The notes beneath the pieces were generated by a model. It saw only the letters and a list, made by a program, of their open reading frames with translations, was not told the DNA's origin and searched no databases. The position numbers and the translations under genes were made by a program. From NCBI RefSeq assembly GCF_006345805.1, contig NC_043002.1, positions 77,438,001 to 77,502,000 on the forward strand: DNA of 64,000 bases, read 5' to 3'. Source of the stretch: Octopus sinensis (lineage: Eukaryota). Below, piece after piece: positions 56,750-64,000 of this stretch (position 1 is its first letter; every line of letters starts with the position of its first letter).

Positions 56750-57720
56750 AAATAAGTGATCAAATATTATATTTAATTGAAATTTCATCATCAATGTACT
56801 TTCCTTGATTATGTATGACTTCCTTCCATCTATTTACAAGCTTTTTAATCCCATCAATGTAAAACTCTTTTGGTTTCAAAGCGAAGAACTCTGAAATGTC
56901 AGTTTCAACCTCCTCCTGGCTTGTGAAAGTTATGTCCCTCAAATGATTCTGTAGACTATGAAACAAATGGTAGTCTGAAAGAGCGAGGTCAGGAGAATAA
57001 GGTGGATGAGGAACTTTTTCCCAACCAAGCTCTTCGATCTTCTGTGATGTGATCTTTGCAGAGTGGGGCCACACATTGTCCTGATGAAACATCACTCCTT
57101 TTCGATTCACTAAAGCGGGTCTTTTTTTTTTTCAAAGCTTGGTTCAAACACTCTAATTACTGACAGTGGACTTGAGCATTGATTGTTGCATTAGGTGATA
57201 ACAATTCAAAGTGAATTACTCCTTTGCAATCCCACTAGACAGAGAGAAGAACCTTTTTCCCATGAAGTTCCCTTCTCAGTTGTGGTTGAGCTTTTTCACT
57301 TTTACCAAGCCACTGTTTACGACATTTAACATTTCGATAGAAGATCCATTTTTCATCACCAGTCACAAGTCTATCCAAAAAGGGTGAAATGAGTTCGCGA
57401 GAATGGAGGGAAGAGCAGATGTCAACTCAGGATTTGCAGTTGCTTTCGGACAATTCATGAGGCACCCATTTTCCAAGTTGTTGAAGATGACGATGAACAG
57501 TTGTATGGTTTGAAGTAAGCTTTATTGCCAATTCTTCAACTGATAATGCAGGATTTCCTTCAAGTAATGCCTCAAGGAGCTTATCAAACTCAGCTGGACG
57601 TCCTGTTCAATTCTTCTAATACATTCTAATACATTGGAATAAATAGGCATACTAGAATGTTTACTGACTGATGTATGTCGTTTTTGTATCCTCTCCATTT
57701 TCTTATTTGTCATATAAATT
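56750..57720 (-). pseudogene. Near full-length decayed mariner (Tc1/mariner) transposase
   Basis: DRLVTGDEKWI (~57350), FHQDNVWPH and PHPPYSPDLALSDY motifs; frameshifted. Confidence 0.9.
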
Positions 57721-57931
57721 AAGGGTAAACCACTTTTTACCCCCGCCCATATGTAACACTCAATTGCGAGATTGTCATGCAATAACTAGCACTTGGGTAT
57801 GAATAATTGGGTACACAACCAGCAGTATATTGGATAGTTATTATCCCTTTGTTGGTTGGTTTCCCAACCTCTAACACAAACAGAAATATATATATATATA
57901 TACATACATATTTATGTATGTATGTATATAT

Positions 57932-58009
<78 letters not shown>

Positions 58010-58669
58010 CACAAATAAATGTTACAAACCTCATTCAGGGATAACAAAATCCTATGAAAGTACTGGTTAGTTACCTATACAAAGAATATTGAACATTACA
58101 ATTAATACTCAACTGCAAGGTAACTATATAAACTGTGGTTTATATATCTTTATCTCTTATTATAAAAGGCAGATTTTATCTGCCTCCCTTTGGGAGTTAT
58201 ACAAATCTACAATATAGGATTTCTTCAATTACAATTTACCTAGCAGTTTTAAGAGTACAATGCATCGCGTCATGCCAGGTCCAGTTTTTAAAATTTAAAC
58301 TCCAATTAAGCAAAATTTACAGAAAACTCACATTCTGGTGTGTGTGTCAAATGCTTTTCTTAGTCTGGTTTACACCACACGCAAACGCACACACACAGTG
58401 GGCAACAAATAAAATGAAAGTAATTGACTTACTGTAGTGAGTGATTCTTTCACTCTGCTTCCCACTTCCTCTTTCCACACATACACACGCAAATATATAA
58501 ATAAAATTGTAAGCTAACGTGCGTGTGTGTGAGTGGGTGTGTGTGGGTGTGCGTGTGTGTGTGTGTGTGTGAGGATGCGTGTGTGTGTGTGTGTGTGTGT
58601 GTGCGTGTGCGTGAGAGTGTGATAGGAAAGTTTTTTACGACGAATATAACACCTATATCCAAGTAGCAG

Positions 58670-58940
58670 AAAGATAAGACAGTAAGGTGTGATTTGAGGG
58701 AGATTTGGCTGCTATTTCTACCATGTCTAGCTGCCATGTAGGGGTCTCCCTCATAGGCTCATACATACATATATACATAGATAAGACAGTAAGGTGTGAT
58801 TTGGGGGAAATTTGGCTGCTATTTCTACCAGGTCTAGCTACCATGTAGAGGTCCCCCTCATTGGCTCATATATATATACATACATAAGACAGTAAGGTGT
58901 GATTTGAGGGAGATTTGGCTGCTGTTTCTACCAGGTCTGT
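58670..58940 (+). repeat. Three tandem copies of a ~90-110-bp unit (duplicated at ~60620-60890)
   Basis: ataagacagtaaggtgtgatttg.ggga.atttggctgct.tttctacc occurs three times. Confidence 0.85.
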
Positions 58941-59300
58941 TAGGCCTTCTCATGTAAACTCAAGCTTTCTCATGCCTTGACCAAAGCAGAGAATGTATTC
59001 TTTTATTCTTCTGCTTTTTCCAGCCATTGGTCTGTGGCCATGCTGGGGCAATGCCTTAAAGAATTGTAGTTTAATGAATCAAATCCACTTTTATTTTTGT
59101 AAGCATTGTACTTATTCTATCTGTTTCCTTTGTCAAACCACTAGGTGACAGGGATGTAAACAAACCAACATTCGTTGTCAAGCAGTGGTGGAGGACAATC
59201 ACAAGCACAGACACGCACACACACACACACACATACATGCATACACATATACACACATACATACATACATACATATATATATATGTGTGTATATATATAT

Positions 59301-59557
59301 TGCAGTGTGGAAGGTGTTTGTAAGCCATTTAAGAAACACACAAAAACCGTTACATTCACTTCAACATTTAAATTTAATTTGCCAAAATATTTTCGTCGCT
59401 TTGAGACCGCGACCTGTTCACTGACAAAAATATCGTGCTAACAGGTCGCGGTCTCAAAGCGATGAAAATATTTAGACAAATTAAATTTAAATGTTGAAGT
59501 GAATCTAACGGTTTTTGTGTGTTTCTTAAATGGCTTATAAACACCTTCAACGCTGCA
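59301..59557. mobile_element. Palindromic MITE-like element (copy 1)
   Basis: tgcagtgtggaaggtgttt...aaacaccttcaacgctgca; ~118-bp arms with ~21-nt spacer. Confidence 0.85.
59378..59428 (-). ncRNA. Hammerhead-like motif, G3-C8 core variant, in palindromic MITE-like element (copy 1)
   Basis: Minus strand reads TTTGTCA-GTGAACA-G-GTCGC-ggtctcaaa-GCGAC-GAAA-ATAT-TT-TGGCAAA: 7-bp stem I (one G.U), 5-bp stem II, AATATT palindromic stem III, weak UUU site. Confidence 0.5.
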
Positions 59558-61252
59558 ACTGTTTTCGTTCCAGCACACGATCTCAGATCAAGTCACTTGC
59601 TATGCAAGTACATCTCTGTAACTATATATATATTTATATATATATATATATATGTATATTGGTAAAAACAGTAAGATAACAAAAGAAAGAAAGAGACCTC
59701 AATATTATGTAAATAGAGGAAATCTTTATATATAAAAGTGAGGTTGTGTGTCTGTCTCCTACGATTTAGATTCCTAACTACTCCCACATTTTGCGGTGCA
59801 GTTTAACCAAAACCGGGTATCTTATAGTCGTGATTCATATCGAGACCGTCTGGGTATTAGTGCGCGTCTACGATGAGTCTACGATTTAAAAAAAAATTTA
59901 CCATAAATTTTTCCCATTTTTAATCCATTTTTGACATATATAAGGGAAGTAACTCTCTAAAATTTATTATTAAATCTCAGAACGTAAAAAGCTACAGTAA
60001 CACCCCTCCCCCTTTGTGGTTAGCCATATTGAGATGGCTATTATACTTTACATCTCTAAAAATGCTTCTATAATTATCTCCCTTACAAACCCGAGCAACG
60101 CCGGGCGATACTGCTAGTCTCTTATTATAAAAGGCAGATTTTATCTGCCTCCCTTTGGGAGTTATACAAATCTACAATATAGGATTTCTTCAATTACAAT
60201 TTACCTAGCATTTTTAACAGTACAATGCCTCGCGTCATGCCAGGTCCAGTTTTTAAAATTTAAACTCCAATTAAGCAAAATTTACAGAAAACTCACATTC
60301 TGGTGTGTGTGTCAAATGCTTTTCTTAGTCTGGTTTACACCACACGCAAACGCACACACACAGTGGGCAACGAATAAAATGAAAGTAATTGACTTACTGT
60401 AGTGAGTGATTCTTTCACTCTGCCTCCCACTTCCTCTTTCCACACATACACACGCAAATATATAAATAAAATTGTAAGCTAACGTGCGTGTGTGTGAGTG
60501 GGTGTGTGTGGGTGTGCGCGTGTGTGAGGGTGCGTGTGTGTGTGTGTGTGTGTGCGTGAGTGTGTGACAGGAAAGTTTTTTACGACGAATATAACACCTA
60601 TATCCAAGTAGCAGAAAGATAAGACAGTAAGGTGTTATTTGAGGGAGATTTGGCTGCTATTTCTACCATGTCTAGCTGCCATGTAGGGGTCTCCCTCATA
60701 GGCTCATACATACATATATACATAGATAAGACAGTAAGTGTGTGATTTGGGGGAAATTTGGCTGCTATTCTACCAGGTCTAGCTACCATGTAGAGGTCCC
60801 CCTCATTGGCTCATATATATATACATACATAAGACAGTAAGGTGTGATTTGAGGGAGATTTGGCTGCTGTTTCTACCAGGTCTGTTAGGCCTTCTCATGT
60901 AAACTCAAGCTTTCTCATGCCTTGAACATAAGACCAAAGCAGAGAATGTATTCTTTTATTCTTCTGCTTTTTCCAGCCATTGGTCTGTGGCCATGCTGGG
61001 GCAATGCCTTGAAGAATTGTAGTTAATGAATCAACTCCACTTTTATTTTTGTAAGCATTGTACTTATTCTATCTGTTTCCTTTGTCAAACCACTAGGTGA
61101 CAGGGATGTAAACAAACCAACATTCGTTGTCAAGCAGTGGTGGAGGACAATCACAAGCACAGACACGCACACACACACACACATACATGCATACACATAT
61201 ACACACATACATACATACATACATATATATATATGTGTGTGTATATATATAT

Positions 61253-61509
61253 TGCAGCGTGGAAGGTGTTTGTAAGCCATTTAAGAAACACACAAAAACC
61301 GTTACATTCACTTCAACATTTAAATTTAATTTGCCAAAATATTTTCGTCGCTTTGAGACCGCGACCTGTTCACTGACAAAAATATCGTGCTAACAGGTCG
61401 CGGTCTCAAAGCGATGAAAATATTTAGACAAATTAAATTTAAATGTTGAAGTGAATCTAACGGTTTTTGTGTGTTTCTTAAATGGCTTATAAACACCTTC
61501 AACGCTGCA
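61253..61509. mobile_element. Palindromic MITE-like element (copy 2)
   Basis: Duplicate of 59301-59557. Confidence 0.85.
61330..61380 (-). ncRNA. Hammerhead-like motif, G3-C8 variant (copy 2)
   Basis: Same motif as 59378-59428, in the second unit of the Helitron dimer. Confidence 0.5.
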
Positions 61510-62145
61510 ACTGTTTTCGTTCCAGCACACGATCTCAGATCAAGTCACTTGCTATGCAAGTACATCTCTGTAACTATATATATATTTATATATATATATA
61601 TATATATGTATATTGGTAAAAACAGTAAGATAACAAAAGAAAGAAAGAGACCTCAATATTATGTAAATAGAGGAAATCTTTATATATAAAGTGAGGTTGT
61701 GTGTCTGTCTCCTACGATTTAGATTCCTAACTACTCCCACATTTTGCGGTGCAGTTTAACCAAAACCGGGTATCTTATAGTCGTGATTCATATCGAGACC
61801 GTCTGGGTATTAGCGCGCGTCTACGATGAGTCTACGATTTAAAAAAAAATTTACCATCAATTTTTCCCATTTTTAATCCATTTTTGACATATATAAGGGA
61901 AGTAACTCTCTAAAATTTATTATTAAATCTCAGAACGTAAAAAGCTACAGTAACACCCCTCCCCCTTTGTGGTTAGCCATATTGAGATGGCTATTATACT
62001 TTACATCTCTAAAAATGCTTCTATAATTATCTCCCTTACAAACCCGAGCAACGCCGGGCGATACTGCTAGTTTATTATAAAAATATGAGAAAATAGAATA
62101 GTATTTAATAAATTGTTATTTATTAATTTAAAAAATTGACAAACA

Positions 62146-62231
62146 TCCCTTACAGCTGTTTCAATTCCAGACCTTCAAAAAATTAATTAATTAAATCAAA
62201 ATTATTTGAAAGTCAAATTTTTTCAGAGGTA
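62146..62231 (-). ncRNA. Hammerhead motif with core substitution (CTGAAAA, G8A), left arm of palindrome
   Basis: Mirror of 62329-62415, but the core reads CTGAAAA. Confidence 0.55.
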
Positions 62232-62328
62232 GTTTAAGATATACAAAATAGGTGTTCAATTCCTGCATGTTGATGTTAAAGTTTACTCAGCATGCAGGAA
62301 TTCAACACCTATTTTGTATATCTTAAAC

Positions 62329-62415
62329 TACCTCTGAAGAAATTTGACTTTCAAATAATTTTTAACTTAATTAATTAATTTTCTGAAGGCCTGAAATTGA
62401 AACAGCTGTAAGGGA
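62329..62415 (+). ncRNA. Type-I hammerhead motif, right arm of 350-bp palindrome
   Basis: tacct-CTGAAGA (62334)-AATTT...AAATT-GAAA (62399)-CAGCT-GTA-aggga; ACAGCTGT palindromic stem III. Confidence 0.7.
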
Positions 62416-62489
62416 TGTTTGTCAATTTTTTAATTAATAAATAATAGTTTATTAATCACCTCTCTATTACATATGTATGTATATCATCA

Positions 62490-63650
62490 TCATTCAGCAT
62501 CCATTTTCCATGCTGGCATCAGTTAGTTTGACTGGGATTGGTAAGCGTGAGAGCTGTATCAGGTTCCAGTATGATTTGGCTTGGTTTCTATGGCTGGATG
62601 CTCTTTCTAATGCCAACCACTCCAAGAGTATATTTGGTGCTTTTTATGTTTCACCAGCACTAGCCATGACTACAATTTCACTTGGCTTGATGAGTCTTCT
62701 CAAGTACAGCAAATCATCAAAGGTCTCAGTCACTTATCTATGTGAGACCCAACATCCAAAGATCATACTTTACTTTACCACTTTGTTTCATGTCTTCCTG
62801 GGTCTATATCTACCACAGTTAGAGATCAGCACTTCTTTACACAGCTGTCCTCATCCCTATACATCACATGACCATACCAGTGAGGTTGCCTCTCTTGCAC
62901 ATCACATATGATGCCTCTTATGGCCAATTTTTCTCTCAAGATGTTTATACTGTTGCACATGTACACTGACATTGCAAACACACTAGCTTCATTTATTTCA
63001 AGCCTTCACACATCTTCTTCAGTCACAGCCCATGTCTTACTGCCATGTAGCATGGTTGTTCGCACGCAGGCATCATACAATCTGCCTTTCACTCTGAGGG
63101 AGAGGCCTTTTGTTACCAACAAGGATAGAAGCTCTCTGAAATTTGCCCAGCTTATTTTTATTCTAGTAGCTACACTCTCAGAGCATCCACCTCCACTCTT
63201 GGAGCATCCACCCAGATAATGGAAGCTATCAAGTTCTTCTAAGTATCCTCCCCTGGTATTTGATGAAGTCTGTTTCCTGTACATTTCTAGTGTTTATTGT
63301 ACCAATACATTGACCACACACAAAGACTCCTTTCTCTGCTAACCTTCCTCTAATATTGCTGCACCTCTTATGTATTTCTACCTATGCTTTCTCTTCATAT
63401 CAAGCAAGGCCATCACCCTGGAGGGATTTGAGATTTATTTATTTTCCTACTTACTAAGACTTTGAGCTTTGCTAAATTGACACTAAGGCCCTTCAATTCC
63501 AGACTTTGCTTCCACAACAGAAATTTCTTCCCTAGTTCTGGTAGTGATTCAGATATAAGAACAAGGTCATCAGCATAGAGGAACTCCCAAGGGCAGCCTG
63601 TCTTAAATTCCTCCGTTATTGCCTGGAGGACTATGGTGAACAAGGGTGAC
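62490..63650 (-). mobile_element. RTE-clade LINE 3' fragment (RT end and 3' UTR)
   Basis: GCPWEFLYADDL and LRVKGRLYDACVRTTMLHGSKTW; (CAT)n tail at 62490. Confidence 0.88.
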
Positions 63651-63816
63651 TATCTGACCAGAGTTCGATTGGATTTAAAAAGTAACACTATCACCTTCAA
63701 ATGAATACCAATGCTGGATGCTTGTTTGAACTAGTTCACTTTGAAAATGTGATAAGTGTGGTGAAAAGGAGCGTAACAGAACAAGGAAAAGAATTAGAAG
63801 TGTAATTTGGTCTTAC

Positions 63817-63930
63817 CTGTAGAGATGAAGCCGGATTCGCCTTGAGCCAACTTGCTAGCGTCTTGTCGTCTTGGCGTCGTTCTCGAGTCTGACTGCGCTG
63901 GTTGATGCCGCACGTGCGTTCTGTCTTCTC
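63817..63930 (-). other. Non-coding first exon (5' UTR) of a minus-strand gene, probably ODF2
   Basis: CpG-rich and ATG-free on the minus strand; ends in CAG|GTAAGA donor (intron begins at 63816). The TSS position is approximate. Confidence 0.65.
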
Positions 63931-64000
63931 TCACTTCCGCTTCCGCCGGCGCATGCGCCCTGCGAGACCTGCAGACCCACTTCCGCTCCCTCCATCTCTG
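63905..64000 (-). promoter_or_regulatory. CpG-rich TATA-less promoter with ETS/GABP, NRF1-like and E-box motifs
   Basis: CACTTCCG at 63932 and 63978, CTTCCG at 63940, GCGCATGCGC at 63949-63958, CACGTG at 63911; sharp GC/CpG rise over background. Confidence 0.7.

Larger units (their letters stand above)
58153..60117 (+). mobile_element. Composite non-autonomous Helitron, unit 1 (1965 bp)
   Basis: A|TC 5' end at 58153; 3' hairpin CCCGAGCAACGCCGGG followed by CTAG at 60114-60117; a second internal A|TC start at 59723. Confidence 0.75.
60118..62070 (+). mobile_element. Composite non-autonomous Helitron, unit 2 (1953 bp), head-to-tail with unit 1
   Basis: CTAG|TC junction at 60117/60118; ends with hairpin + CTAG|T at 62070; near-identical to unit 1. 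Confidence 0.75.
62105..62456. repeat. ~350-bp palindrome with ~20-nt loop
   Basis: Arms of ~165 bp mirror around 62270-62290. Confidence 0.92.

Overview
AT-rich, repeat-dense animal genomic DNA. The SINE, RTE and (TA)n landscape suggests an octopus or other coleoid cephalopod; this is inference from recognition, not from a search. The only confident protein-coding sequence is a minus-strand ODF2/cenexin homologue. Its C-terminal ~565 codons lie in one exon (3433-5130), with a probable small upstream exon at 20331-20377 and a CpG-rich ETS/NRF1-type promoter plus non-coding first exon at the right edge (63817-64000). Most of the window is therefore probably ODF2 intron. It holds SINEs, decayed RTE, Gypsy and mariner copies, MITEs, non-autonomous Helitrons (including a precise head-to-tail 1.96-kb dimer), multi-kb TA microsatellites and a 10-unit ~708-bp tandem array. 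The most unusual observation is a set of sequence-unrelated fold-back elements whose arms carry minimal type-I hammerhead-ribozyme motifs with palindromic stem III, as in Penelope-like elements. Across them the catalytic 3-8 pair appears in three covarying states: C-G, U-A and G-C. All RNA structures were read by eye; no folding, alignment or database search was run, and repeat boundaries are approximate.
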